Shown one piece after another: positions 20,608 to 30,571 of a DNA stretch of 64,000 bases (position 1 is the first letter of the stretch; each line of letters begins with the position of its first letter). The notes beneath the pieces are model-generated. The model searched no databases. It was given only the letters and a program-made list of their open reading frames with translations, and had not been told where the DNA came from. The DNA comes from Alphaproteobacteria bacterium MarineAlpha9_Bin6 (GTDB lineage: Bacteria > Pseudomonadota > Alphaproteobacteria > UBA7887). The translations under genes and the position numbers were made by a program. The DNA lies in NCBI GenBank assembly GCA_002937585.1, contig PTKE01000001.1, positions 5,936 to 69,935 on the forward strand, read 5' to 3'.

Positions 20608-21189
20608 TTGAAAAACGCCACACCATCACAGACTATAGGACCATTCTTCGCCTATAGCCTGACATCAACGAAGTACGGTCGCAGGCTGCTTGCCTCGAAC
20701 CGCATTGACAGTGTATCGGGCACTCAAATCCGTGTTAAAGGGCAAGTGTTTGATGGAGACGGTGAACCGGTGCCGGACGCTATGTTAGAAATCTGGCAGG
20801 CAGACCCTGAAGGACGCCTGGCGGGGGCAAACGATGGCGCAAATATAAAATTCACAGGATTTGCTCGAGCCGCTACTGACCAAGACGGGACCTTCATCTT
20901 TGAAACCGTCAAACCCGGGCGTTTTCATACCTCAAACGACATTCTGCAAGCACCCCACATCAGTGTAATCGTTTTTGCACGCGGCATCCTTACACATCTG
21001 CATACCCGTATCTATTTTGCGGATGAGACAAGTAACGATAACGATCCAATCCTAGCCGCGATCGAAGACCCCAATCGTCGTGTCACACTGATTGCTGTCC
21101 CAGATTCGGATGGAAATGGCTACACAAACTACCGCTTTAATATACGCCTTCAGGGTGAAGAGGAAACTGTTTTTTTTCAGTGGTCATAA
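20608..21189 (+). CDS. pcaG: Protocatechuate 3,4-dioxygenase alpha subunit
   Basis: Probable TTG start at 20608 (ORF track begins at 20521, overlapping pcaH); N-terminal LKNATPSQTIGPF matches the PcaG ELKETPSQTGGPY motif; APHISVIVFARGI...HTRIYF core. Confidence 0.85.
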   Translation: MKNATPSQTIGPFFAYSLTSTKYGRRLLASNRIDSVSGTQIRVKGQVFDGDGEPVPDAMLEIWQADPEGRLAGANDGANIKFTGFARAATDQDGTFIFETVKPGRFHTSNDILQAPHISVIVFARGILTHLHTRIYFADETSNDNDPILAAIEDPNRRVTLIAVPDSDGNGYTNYRFNIRLQGEEETVFFQWS

Positions 21190-21288
21190 AGTAATACAGA
21201 AATTAATTAATCTTCTAGATGAGATGTGTGCCATGAACGATTGGTTATTGAGCAATACTCAAAACCCAAGACTGAGCCGGCGATCCTT

Positions 21289-22611
21289 GTGCTAATTGAA
21301 CCACAGTTCCGCACCAAATTCGGCGATACAATTTGGGATATAACAGGACGCATAGCTCGCATGGCCGCCTTCGAAGGAGCTCTAGCTTCAGCGCAAGCAG
21401 CGACCGGACTAATTCCCGAGACATCCGCTAAATCAATAGTCCGTGTATGCAAAACTGCCCTGCCCGAAGCTAACGACTTATACGAAAAAGCTAAAGTTGC
21501 GGGCAACCCAGCCATCCCTTTTCTCAACTATTTAACAACAGCCGTTGCCTCTGAAGATTCCAATGCTGCTGCTCATGTCCACTTCGGCGCCACTAGCCAG
21601 GATTTAATCGATAGCGCCAACATGATGGCATTAGCGGAGATTGCTGATGCTCTTGATTCCATGTTGCTGGAGGTGGCATCTGATTTGCGCAAACTGGCCA
21701 TCGCTCACACCGAAACCCCCATGGTAGCTCGTACTTTGCTACAGCAGGCAACGCCGATCACGTTCGGACTCAAAGCCGCATTGTGGGGAATAGCCATCAC
21801 GCAAACACGGAAACAATTGAAAGCCGCAAGGTGCAACGATATGGCAGTCCAACTAGGCGGGTCAAACGGCACCCTGTCCGCGATGGCACCACATGGTCCC
21901 GCTGTGCGTGCCGACACTGCGGCACGTCTTGGTCTCACCGATCCGGATCATTGTTGGCATGTATTGCGTGGTCGTATCCTGACAATCTCGACTACGTTCG
22001 CAGCTTTAGTGGGAGCCGCAGCCAAAATTTCAGGTGACTGCATATTAATGATGCAGACTGAAGTCGGGGAATTGCAGGAGGCCTCACCAGGCGGATCATC
22101 AGCTATGCCCCAAAAGAAAAATCCAGTGGATGCGTTGGTGCCCATTGCGGCGCTACCCCTTGCAGCAACGCATCTATCAGCAATGACTGCTTCGCAAATG
22201 CATGCGCATGAGCGCGCAGCAGGACCGTGGCACAGCGAGTGGATCACCTTGCCAGTACTAACCAGTCTCACTCTTGCATCAATCGAGAGTCTCATGGGAA
22301 TGCTTTCTGGCCTAAAAATTAACACCTCTCAAATGAAAGCCAATCTTGCCCGCACCGGTGGAACACTTGCCGCCGAAGAACTTGCTGCAACTCTCGTTGA
22401 AAGCGTGGGACGCAACGAAGCACATAACCTAATCAGAACCCTAGTGGAGCAAAGTGACTATGAAAACTTTGCGGACACAATTCGTTCCAATACAAAGTTA
22501 TCAGGGCTGATTTCCGAAAGCAGGCTTAGCGAAATTTTAAGCTACAAAGGGCCTTTGGCCGCAGCTGCGCAGGAAGCTCAAAAATTGGTAAACACGATCA
22601 GTAACTCGTGA
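21289..22611 (+). CDS. pcaB: 3-carboxy-cis,cis-muconate cycloisomerase (fumarate-lyase superfamily)
   Basis: Fumarate-lyase signature GSSAMPQKKNP; N-terminus aligns with PcaB (FRTKFGDTIWDITGRIARMAAFEGALASAQA); probable GTG start at 21289 (ORF track 21226). Confidence 0.8.
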   Translation: MLIEPQFRTKFGDTIWDITGRIARMAAFEGALASAQAATGLIPETSAKSIVRVCKTALPEANDLYEKAKVAGNPAIPFLNYLTTAVASEDSNAAAHVHFGATSQDLIDSANMMALAEIADALDSMLLEVASDLRKLAIAHTETPMVARTLLQQATPITFGLKAALWGIAITQTRKQLKAARCNDMAVQLGGSNGTLSAMAPHGPAVRADTAARLGLTDPDHCWHVLRGRILTISTTFAALVGAAAKISGDCILMMQTEVGELQEASPGGSSAMPQKKNPVDALVPIAALPLAATHLSAMTASQMHAHERAAGPWHSEWITLPVLTSLTLASIESLMGMLSGLKINTSQMKANLARTGGTLAAEELAATLVESVGRNEAHNLIRTLVEQSDYENFADTIRSNTKLSGLISESRLSEILSYKGPLAAAAQEAQKLVNTISNS

Positions 22612-22650
22612 TTTCAACTTGTCACTAACAAAGTAGGAAAACCTCGACTT

Positions 22651-23454
22651 ATGCTTTCAAAACTGAACGGAAAAACACGTCTTTTTCTGACAGTGGGTTA
22701 CCCGATTGGTCAGGTCAAATCTCCGGCCGACATAACCGACGCATTTGAAGCACGTGGCATAAATGCGGTTCAGGTTCCGGTAGAAGTCTTGCCCGAAGGA
22801 ATTGACACCTTCTTTAAGGGCCTCCATTCAGCCACTAATCTTGATGGGATGGTAATAACGGTTCCATATAAATTTGTCGGCTCGAACATATGCAAGACTC
22901 TTACGCCTCGAGCTGCTCGCCTGGGTGCCGCCAATGTAATTCGCCGAAATTCTGACCGATCATGGCATGGAGACATGACAGACGGACTTGGTTTTTGTAA
23001 TGCGATTCGTGAAGCAGGTAGCGTTATAGACGGGCAACGGGCTTTATTAATCGGAGCAGGCGGAGCAGGTTCCGCGATCGGCCTCGCGTTACTTGATGAG
23101 GGGGTCGCGGAACTTAACATTTATGATATTGATCCAACACGGTCCGATAAGCTCTCGAGCCTCTTGGCAAGCGATTATGACGGTGTATCGGTCGTAAGCA
23201 ATTCCGACCCCATCGGTTTCGATATCATTGCACATGCAACCCCTACCGGCATGAAATCGAAAGATCCCCTGCCGCTCGATGTCGGTCAATTGGCAAACGA
23301 CATGCATGTGGGCGATGTCGTAACTGAACCGGAAATATCACCGCTGATTAAAGCAGCCAAAGAACGCGGTTGCCGAACCAATACAGGCATTGAAATGTTC
23401 GACGGTCACCGCGAAATAATTGTCGATTTTCTACTCCACCAAGAAAAGCGGTAG
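22651..23454 (+). CDS. Shikimate/quinate 5-dehydrogenase family protein (AroE/YdiB-like)
   Basis: 267 aa; VTVPYK substrate motif and GAGGAGSAIG NAD(P)-binding motif; sits immediately downstream of pcaB. Confidence 0.75.
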   Translation: MLSKLNGKTRLFLTVGYPIGQVKSPADITDAFEARGINAVQVPVEVLPEGIDTFFKGLHSATNLDGMVITVPYKFVGSNICKTLTPRAARLGAANVIRRNSDRSWHGDMTDGLGFCNAIREAGSVIDGQRALLIGAGGAGSAIGLALLDEGVAELNIYDIDPTRSDKLSSLLASDYDGVSVVSNSDPIGFDIIAHATPTGMKSKDPLPLDVGQLANDMHVGDVVTEPEISPLIKAAKERGCRTNTGIEMFDGHREIIVDFLLHQEKR

Positions 23455-23484
23455 ATCTGACAATTAAAGAATGGGAGACACCCT

Positions 23485-24174
23485 ATGTTAACCAACGCCG
23501 ATGCCTTCTTAGCCATATGGCATGATTTAGAATCGACCGGAAAATCAGAGTGGGAACGCTGGCATACATATGAGCATATGCCGGAAAGGGTTGGAATTCC
23601 TGGTTTCCTCGCGGGAAGGCGTTATATGAACGACGATGATCCGGAACAGTGTTGTTTCACGATGTACGAAGGGTCTGACCTCTCGGTTTTTGAATCCACG
23701 GCATACTTGGAACGCCTCAACAATCCGACGCCCTGGACTCGAGAAAATGCACCCACGTTCCGGAATTTTACTCGGGGCGCGTGCCATCGCGTCACACGTG
23801 CCGGATCCCAGCACGGCTACGGAGGTGTTATACTAACAGTACGTATTCTCCGTGGTCCGAAGTTTGCCGAAAATACAAAACAACTTTCCACACTGAACAA
23901 ATTAACTACCTCAATATGTGACTTAGAAGGAGTGACAGCAGCAACAATTGGGCTCTGCGACGCCGAGATCACAACTACCGAAACAACCGAGCGGAGCCTG
24001 AGAAAAAAGACTACCGAATCTACGCTCGATGGGGTCCTGATTGTTGAAGGATACAATGTGAGCACAATCAAAACACAGGGACCGAACATCGAAAAATTGG
24101 TCGCAATGTCCGACGTAGATCTGACACCGCTACCCCATCAAATATATGTACTTTCATACATGCTCAGGGGTTAA
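23485..24174 (+). CDS. Hypothetical protein embedded in the pca operon; possible internal two-domain duplication, no family recognised
   Basis: 229-aa ORF with a GGGAGA RBS 7 nt upstream, 30 bp after the AroE-like gene; the N-terminal half (AIWHDLES...WERWHTYEHMPERVGIPGFLAGRRY) and the C-terminal half look like related roughly 100-aa modules. Confidence 0.5.
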   Translation: MLTNADAFLAIWHDLESTGKSEWERWHTYEHMPERVGIPGFLAGRRYMNDDDPEQCCFTMYEGSDLSVFESTAYLERLNNPTPWTRENAPTFRNFTRGACHRVTRAGSQHGYGGVILTVRILRGPKFAENTKQLSTLNKLTTSICDLEGVTAATIGLCDAEITTTETTERSLRKKTTESTLDGVLIVEGYNVSTIKTQGPNIEKLVAMSDVDLTPLPHQIYVLSYMLRG

Positions 24175-24472
24175 CTAAGGTTCCGGTGGCCCTATAAATT
24201 CTTGATTCAAGACACCGTTATCAAAAATTCCACTCGCGCGACGGTTCAATCTACTCTTGGCATCTCGCAAAACGGTGGCCAATCCGGCCCAGAAGAAACT
24301 GCATATCCTGCACAATTGAGAGAACTGAGCTGTATCTAGCTGTCACTGATCGCCAATCGTGTAACATCGTTGTCACGGTGGTTGAGATTTGGATGAGCAA
24401 TCAGTACTGCCTGTTGTTCTCTCTCAAAGATGGCGCGCATGCCATTAACATAATGATGACAATTGAGACAGT

Positions 24473-25624
24473 TCAGTTTTCTATTTCCGGCACATCTACC
24501 CAACGCCGTTCTAATGAACTTTGATACGCAAGTTCTGCCAATTGCACCCCTTTGGCGCCCTCGCGAAGGTCCCAACGAAACGGAGTGTCTTCTGTGACAT
24601 GCCGGAGAAATAACTCCCATTGTGCCTTAAACGCGTTTTCGTAATCGGCATTATCAAGCACCTCCTGCCAATCAGCCAAGTAATCCATAGTTTGCGGTAG
24701 ATCAGGATTCCACACGGGCGTTGGTGTATTGATTCGGGATTGAGTCCAACACCGACGGAGTCCTGCGACCGCACTTCCGTCAGTACCATCAACCTGGATC
24801 GTCAATAAATCATCACGCCGCACTCTAACTGCCCAGGAACTATTGAAGTGAGCAATCCCGCCATTGCCCAACTCGAATGTCGCGTAGGCCGCGTCTTCTG
24901 CATCCGATTCATAACGCTCCCCCGCCTCGTCCCACCGCTCGTCTATATGCACTACGCCGCGACAGCTGACGGCTTTTACACCGCCAAATAAATTGTCGAG
25001 CAAGTACCGCCAGTGAGTCAACATATCAAGGATGATGCCACCGCCCTGACCCCGGCGATAGTTCCACGAAGGCCGTTGTGCTGGTTCACCAGCTCCATCA
25101 AACACCCAATACCCGAACTCACCACGCACCGATAGCAATCGGCCGAAGAAGCCAGAATCAAATAAATATTTTAGCTTTAACAAACCAGGCAACCATAGTT
25201 TGTCTTGTACTACGCCATGCTTAATATCAGCGGCTTTAGCACCACGATAAAGATTAACTGCATCAACAAAGTTTGTAGCTGTCGGTTTCTCACAATATAT
25301 GTGTTTCCCAGCAGCGATAGCTCGACGCACGAAATTTACGCGCAGGTCTGTACTAACGGCATCGAAAAAAATCGGCAAGTTGTCATCCCTGAGCATTTCC
25401 TCAACATCCGTACTCCATCGTGCGATCCCGTGCTCTTTTGCAAGCGAACGCAGTTTTCCCGAATCGCGACCAACTAGTACTGGTTCCGGGATTACACAAG
25501 TGCCATTACCGAGGATCAAACCACCCTCATCACGGATCGCAAGAATAGACCTCAAAAGGTGCTGTTTGGCACCCATCCGGCCTGTAACCCCGTTCATTAT
25601 TATGCCAATCTGTTTCTCTGCCAT
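24473..25624 (-). CDS. Gfo/Idh/MocA family NAD(P)-dependent oxidoreductase
   Basis: 383 aa; N-terminal Rossmann IGIIMNGVTGRMG; family-typical EKP motif (IYCEKPTA). Confidence 0.8.
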   Translation of the reverse strand: MAEKQIGIIMNGVTGRMGAKQHLLRSILAIRDEGGLILGNGTCVIPEPVLVGRDSGKLRSLAKEHGIARWSTDVEEMLRDDNLPIFFDAVSTDLRVNFVRRAIAAGKHIYCEKPTATNFVDAVNLYRGAKAADIKHGVVQDKLWLPGLLKLKYLFDSGFFGRLLSVRGEFGYWVFDGAGEPAQRPSWNYRRGQGGGIILDMLTHWRYLLDNLFGGVKAVSCRGVVHIDERWDEAGERYESDAEDAAYATFELGNGGIAHFNSSWAVRVRRDDLLTIQVDGTDGSAVAGLRRCWTQSRINTPTPVWNPDLPQTMDYLADWQEVLDNADYENAFKAQWELFLRHVTEDTPFRWDLREGAKGVQLAELAYQSSLERRWVDVPEIEN

Positions 25625-25782
25625 GGCCGTAAGTTATCTTATTTAAATGACATACGGAATCGAGGTAATCTGTGGCCGTTGTTGGATGTTTGCCAAGAAC
25701 TAGGTTTTTTCGTGCTTTGAACCGTTTCCATCACAAAGGTAGATGTCCACCTCAAAGATCCTTGCAGTAGGAAGGAAACAAC

Positions 25783-26958
25783 ATGTTGCGTCTGATTAGA
25801 ACAACCGGACCTATCGTCACCATTTTAGCTGCACTTAGCATAGCGCAAGCAGCCGAGGTAAAAATCGGAACGCTGTATCCCATCACTGGAGGTGGCGCAA
25901 TCTATGGATCTCCGGCGATGATCGGACACCGAATGGCAATCGATGAATTGAACTCTCAAGGAGGAATTCTCGGCATGCAGGTGGTGAGTGTGGAACGTGA
26001 CACGAAATTAAATCCCGCCACCGCGGCTGCGGCAGCAAAAGAAATGATCACGAAAGACGGCGTAAACGTGATCATTGGCGGTTTAAGTTCGGCGGTCGGT
26101 CTCGCCATTTCGGAGGTCGCCAAACAGGAAAAGGTCATCTATATCGCAACCATTCCCAAGACCATCCAAATGACAACTAACAGAAGACACGATTATGTTT
26201 TTCGTACAGCGTCACACACTGATTTCGAAGGGGACGCAATAGCGCAAATTGCAAAGCAACTGGGTGCCCAAAAGATTTGCGATATCCAGCTTGATTATGC
26301 GTATGGCCATGATTTAGCTGATGGAATCGAGAGGGGCTTGAAGCGTCATCTGCCGGACGCAAAGAAGGTTTTAGACCTTCGACCAAAATTGAGAGCGACT
26401 GACTACAACGTTTTTATTACCCAAATCATGGGAGCTGGATGTGATGTAGTGACAAGCGGCCTGTGGGGACCCCACTTTGTGGATTTCGCAAAACAGGCGT
26501 CTCCTTTCGGCCTGTTCCAACAGATCAAGTACATTACTGGTGGGGAGATAGGCAGCCAGGAGATTGCGGGTGCGATGGGTGAAGACTACCCAGACAACGT
26601 GTGGGCCAATTCCTACGAGTTGTGGTATCACCACTCGACCCAAGAACACAAAAATTTTCAGGAAGCACTAGCCAAGCGCCTGGACACCATTGAAACCCCC
26701 ATGTGGCCGGTATTAGCATTGATCGGCGTGCGTATGTATGGCGCTGCAGCAGAAAAAGCTGGATCCCTGGATGCGGCCAGCATATCCGATGCTCTTAAAG
26801 GCATGTCGATCGATACACCAGTTGGACCGCGCACCATCGATCCGGAAACGCACCAGGCGGATACTGGCCAGTTTTGGGGACCCATGGTGAAAAAGGAAGG
26901 TGTCCCCTACCGCGTGATGGATCCCATTACCTATATTCCCGCAAAAATCATCGAATAG
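25783..26958 (+). CDS. ABC transporter substrate-binding protein (branched-chain amino acid / LivK family)
   Basis: 391 aa with a signal peptide (ILAALSIAQAAEV); type-I periplasmic binding fold; first gene of the permease/ATPase operon. Confidence 0.8.
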   Translation: MLRLIRTTGPIVTILAALSIAQAAEVKIGTLYPITGGGAIYGSPAMIGHRMAIDELNSQGGILGMQVVSVERDTKLNPATAAAAAKEMITKDGVNVIIGGLSSAVGLAISEVAKQEKVIYIATIPKTIQMTTNRRHDYVFRTASHTDFEGDAIAQIAKQLGAQKICDIQLDYAYGHDLADGIERGLKRHLPDAKKVLDLRPKLRATDYNVFITQIMGAGCDVVTSGLWGPHFVDFAKQASPFGLFQQIKYITGGEIGSQEIAGAMGEDYPDNVWANSYELWYHHSTQEHKNFQEALAKRLDTIETPMWPVLALIGVRMYGAAAEKAGSLDAASISDALKGMSIDTPVGPRTIDPETHQADTGQFWGPMVKKEGVPYRVMDPITYIPAKIIE

Positions 26959-27045
26959 TCCGTTTATTGTCGAACTACGGAGAAAATCTCAGTTAGCCAG
27001 CGTCGGTGACAGGGTGCTTGTGCCGAGCTGAGATCAATCAATGTC

Positions 27046-27990
27046 ATGGAATCGCTGCTGGAATTTATTCGCATCGATATGGGAAGCCCAGGGTTAGCAA
27101 CTCTTGTGAGCAATCCCAAATTTGCTTTTATCCAGCTCCTGAACTCCGTGTCCATGGGCATGAATTTTTTTATTATTGCGGCGGGATTATCACTCATCTT
27201 CGGGGTGCTGAAAGTTATTAACTTTGCACACGGCGCCTTTTACATGTTTGGTGCCTATATTGCTTATTCAGTTACCGAGACGATGGGACTTAGTTTTTTT
27301 TGGGGCGTAATTGGCTCCGCCGTTGGTCTGGTTTTGCTCTCAGTGGTCATTGAACGCAGCCTATTCCGGTTCGTTTATGACAAAGAACACTTGATGCAAC
27401 TTTTACTGACATTTGCCTTGGTACTGATCCTAGGAGATGTAGCAAAAATAATTTGGGGTACCGACCAGTACAGTGTGTCATATCCAGCGAGTCTGTCTGG
27501 AGCAACAAACCTAGGAATAGCGTACTACCCGTCCTATCGCCTGCTACTTTGCATTCTGGGACCAGTCATTTTCCTAGCCTTGTGGCTCTTCATCGAACGC
27601 ACTCGCTGGGGCCGGATCACAAAAGCGGCCACTCAGAATCGTGAAATGCTGGCGGCTTTGGGTATCAACGTCCCAATCATCTACACTGGTGTGTTTGTAG
27701 CGGGCTCAGCACTGGCTGGTATTGGGGGTGCTCTAGCCTCACCATTTAACAGCCCAACTCCCGGCATGGACGCCATCATCATCGTGGAGTGTTTCGTGAT
27801 CGTCATTATCGGCGGCTTAGGCTCATTGTGGGGAACCTTCGTTGGGGCGTTGATTTATGGCTTCGTGTTCAACTTTGGCTCGGTGATCGTACCCAACGGT
27901 CAAGACATATTCGCCTTTCTGATTCTGCTGGTAGTATTGCTTATCCGGCCATGGGGTCTTTTTGGGCGCCCGGAGACGGAAGGGCAGTAG
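27046..27990 (+). CDS. livH: Branched-chain amino acid ABC transporter permease (LivH-type)
   Basis: 314 aa polytopic membrane protein; FAHGAFYMFGAY motif typical of LivH. Confidence 0.8.
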   Translation: MESLLEFIRIDMGSPGLATLVSNPKFAFIQLLNSVSMGMNFFIIAAGLSLIFGVLKVINFAHGAFYMFGAYIAYSVTETMGLSFFWGVIGSAVGLVLLSVVIERSLFRFVYDKEHLMQLLLTFALVLILGDVAKIIWGTDQYSVSYPASLSGATNLGIAYYPSYRLLLCILGPVIFLALWLFIERTRWGRITKAATQNREMLAALGINVPIIYTGVFVAGSALAGIGGALASPFNSPTPGMDAIIIVECFVIVIIGGLGSLWGTFVGALIYGFVFNFGSVIVPNGQDIFAFLILLVVLLIRPWGLFGRPETEGQ

Positions 27991-27995
27991 GACTC

Positions 27996-28937
27996 ATGAC
28001 CGATGCAATGACTCGATCGGCTATGGCCGGCTGTCTGATATCCTTAGCCCTCCTGATATCCGTACCGCTGTTTCAATCGGCCTACTTAATTGATGTTGTT
28101 ACAGAGATTCTGATTTACGCGCTGTTCGCTCTCAGCCTAAACGTTATCATCGGCTATTCAGGCAATGTTTCCTTTGGTCACGCCGCGTATTTTGCGATTG
28201 GCGGTTATACCAACGCTATTTTGCTAACAAGCCACGGATGGGCTTTGGTGCCATCTTTCGTAACCAGCATTCTCGTCACAATGATAGCTGCAGGCTTTGT
28301 CGCTTATTTTTGTACGCGGCTCACCAACATTTACTTTGCAATGTTAACGCTCGCTTTTTCAATGTTGGTCTGGGCCATTGCATTTAAATGGCGCTCAGTA
28401 ACGGGAGGAGACGATGGATTCGTCGGCATCCGTGTCCCAGAGATTATCAACAATCGAGCTCACTTCTACTACTTCACCTTAATCATGGTAACGGCAGCGA
28501 CCACCCTACTATGGTTTATATGCCACTCGGCGTTTGGGCGGACCCTGGTGGCAGTGCGTGAAAACGCTACTCGGGCTGGATTTGTTGGCGTCAACACCCG
28601 TCTCATGCGCTGGTGGGCCTTCGTTGTCGCTGGTACCTTTGCCGGCATAGCTGGGGCCATCTTCGGTATGTTCCACCGCGGTATGTACGTGGAATCAGCA
28701 TTCTGGACTCAATCGGCAACGGTTCTGATCATGACCCTATTGGGTGGCATGTTTTCTTTTTTCGGTCCGGCAATCGGCGCCGCCACACTTTTTATCCTGG
28801 AACGAATAACCAACGAATACACCGAGTATTGGCCAACGGTTTTAGGCTGCATTCTTCTGGTAATATTGCTATTCCTGCCAGATGGCCTAGCCGGGCTGGC
28901 TCGCAAAGTGCGTAGTTATGTTGCGGGAAGCAATTAG
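27996..28937 (+). CDS. livM: Branched-chain amino acid ABC transporter permease (LivM-type)
   Basis: The ORF track starts at 27789 and overlaps livH by 200 nt; ATG at 27996 (MTDAMTRS), 5 nt after the livH stop, gives a 313-aa polytopic permease. Confidence 0.75.
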   Translation: MTDAMTRSAMAGCLISLALLISVPLFQSAYLIDVVTEILIYALFALSLNVIIGYSGNVSFGHAAYFAIGGYTNAILLTSHGWALVPSFVTSILVTMIAAGFVAYFCTRLTNIYFAMLTLAFSMLVWAIAFKWRSVTGGDDGFVGIRVPEIINNRAHFYYFTLIMVTAATTLLWFICHSAFGRTLVAVRENATRAGFVGVNTRLMRWWAFVVAGTFAGIAGAIFGMFHRGMYVESAFWTQSATVLIMTLLGGMFSFFGPAIGAATLFILERITNEYTEYWPTVLGCILLVILLFLPDGLAGLARKVRSYVAGSN

Positions 28938-28939
28938 AA

Positions 28940-29692
28940 ATGTTGGAAACGCACGACCTGCACAAACACTTTGACGGGTTTAAAGCAATCACTGCGATCA
29001 ATTTTAAACTCATTGAGGGGGAACGACATGCCATCATTGGTCCAAATGGTGCCGGCAAAACGACGTTCTTCAATCTCATCACCGGACACCTGCAACCCAG
29101 TGCAGGCGAAGTTCGCTATAAAGGAGACCTGATTAGTGGTCTACCCCCATACAGAATCGTAAAGCTTGGCCTCGCCCGCTCTTTCCAACGCATCAACATT
29201 TATCCGCGAATGACCGTGTTCCAGAATGTCCAAGTGGCGTTAATTGCTCAGAACAATCAACATCTCCATTTTTTCACCCGAGCTCACAATTTATACAAGG
29301 AAGAAACAGAGGACCTTCTTGAACTCGTTGATCTTTTGGGAGAGATACAGGACATCGCTGGTGAACTGGCGTACGGAAAACAAAAACAGCTGGAATTGGC
29401 CATTTCACTTGCCGCCAACCCCCGAGTATTGCTGCTTGATGAACCCACCGCCGGCATGTCGCCCAGTGAGACAGCGGAATCGATCAGGCTAATCAACGAC
29501 ATCACGCAAAGCCGCTCCTTGACCCTTTTGTTTACTGAACATGACATGAGCGTCGTTTTTAGTATTGCCGATCGAATCAGCGTACTTCATCACGGGGAAA
29601 TTTTAGCCTCCGGCGCGCCCGATGAGGTACGTAAAGATGTAGAAGTTAGAAGGGTCTATCTAGGTGAAGAGGTGGGTCATGCCTCAGCTTGA
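28940..29692 (+). CDS. livG: ABC transporter ATP-binding protein (LivG-type)
   Basis: Walker A GPNGAGKTT, signature LAYGKQ, Walker B LLLDEPTAG. Confidence 0.85.
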   Translation: MLETHDLHKHFDGFKAITAINFKLIEGERHAIIGPNGAGKTTFFNLITGHLQPSAGEVRYKGDLISGLPPYRIVKLGLARSFQRINIYPRMTVFQNVQVALIAQNNQHLHFFTRAHNLYKEETEDLLELVDLLGEIQDIAGELAYGKQKQLELAISLAANPRVLLLDEPTAGMSPSETAESIRLINDITQSRSLTLLFTEHDMSVVFSIADRISVLHHGEILASGAPDEVRKDVEVRRVYLGEEVGHASA

Positions 29693-30386
29693 GGTTAAAG
29701 GAATTCACGCTTCGTATGGCCTGAGCCATGTTTTATTTGGCGTTTCATTTAACGTTGAGGCAGGACAGTGCGTTTCCTTGATCGGCAGAAATGGCGTAGG
29801 CAAGACAACCACAATGCGATCCATCATCGGCCTGACACCCGCCCATATAGGAAATATCGTATTCGAAGGCACGGACATCACCCACCTTCCCACACATAAA
29901 ATCGCAAAACTTGGCATCGCGTTTGTGCCGGAAGAACGGCATATCTTTCCAGAGCTTTCCGTATGGGAGAATCTTGATATAGCCCGACGTCGACCAAGGA
30001 ACGATGGGCCGGCTTGGAGCGAAGAAGAGGTCTACGAGTTATTTCCGGACCTGAAGGAAATACGAAACCGACTGGGGGGTGTTTTGTCGGGCGGCCAACA
30101 ACAAATGCTAACTGTAGCACGAAGTCTGATGGGTAACCCAAGGTTGTTGATTTTAGATGAACCCTCCGAGGGCCTTGCCCCAAAATTGGTTGAAACACTT
30201 CGTGATCGAGTAGCACTTCTCAAAGATGGAGGGATGTCGATCGTATTAGCGGAGCAAAATCTTAAGTTTGTTCTATCGCTGAGCGATCACTGCCACATTA
30301 TGGAAAAAGGTGAGATCAAGTTTTCAGGAACTCCTGAAGACCTTCGTGAAAATGCTCAAGTAAAAGAGAAATACTTAACTCTATGA
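29679..30386 (+). CDS. livF: ABC transporter ATP-binding protein (LivF-type)
   Basis: Walker A GRNGVGKTT, signature LSGGQQQM, Walker B ILDEPSEG; start at MPQLEVKG overlaps livG by 14 nt. Confidence 0.85.
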   Translation: MPQLEVKGIHASYGLSHVLFGVSFNVEAGQCVSLIGRNGVGKTTTMRSIIGLTPAHIGNIVFEGTDITHLPTHKIAKLGIAFVPEERHIFPELSVWENLDIARRRPRNDGPAWSEEEVYELFPDLKEIRNRLGGVLSGGQQQMLTVARSLMGNPRLLILDEPSEGLAPKLVETLRDRVALLKDGGMSIVLAEQNLKFVLSLSDHCHIMEKGEIKFSGTPEDLRENAQVKEKYLTL

Positions 30387-30571
30387 ATATGCCCCAACGT
30401 CAACAATTGTTCCCGAGATATTCTTCAGATCTTACCAACCCCGCATTCGCTTCCACCTGTACCAACGGAATGTTCCCGGATATTATCCCAAGCCAAGCTG
30501 AGATTGACCAACGAATAACAGGCATGTTGTTACAATCTCCCATAGACACCCATTGAACAGCGGAGCAGTAG

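Noticed and set aside
24175-24472. A 300-bp convergent intergenic region screened for a tRNA or terminator (the GGTTCAATC T-loop-like motif)
   Set aside because: The flanking bases cannot form a T-stem or acceptor stem, and there is no convincing hairpin plus U-tract.
27789-27995. A 200-bp overlap between the livH and livM ORFs as drawn by the ORF track
   Set aside because: The livM frame is simply open upstream. An ATG at 27996, 5 nt after the livH stop, gives a normal-length LivM, so there is no real overlap.
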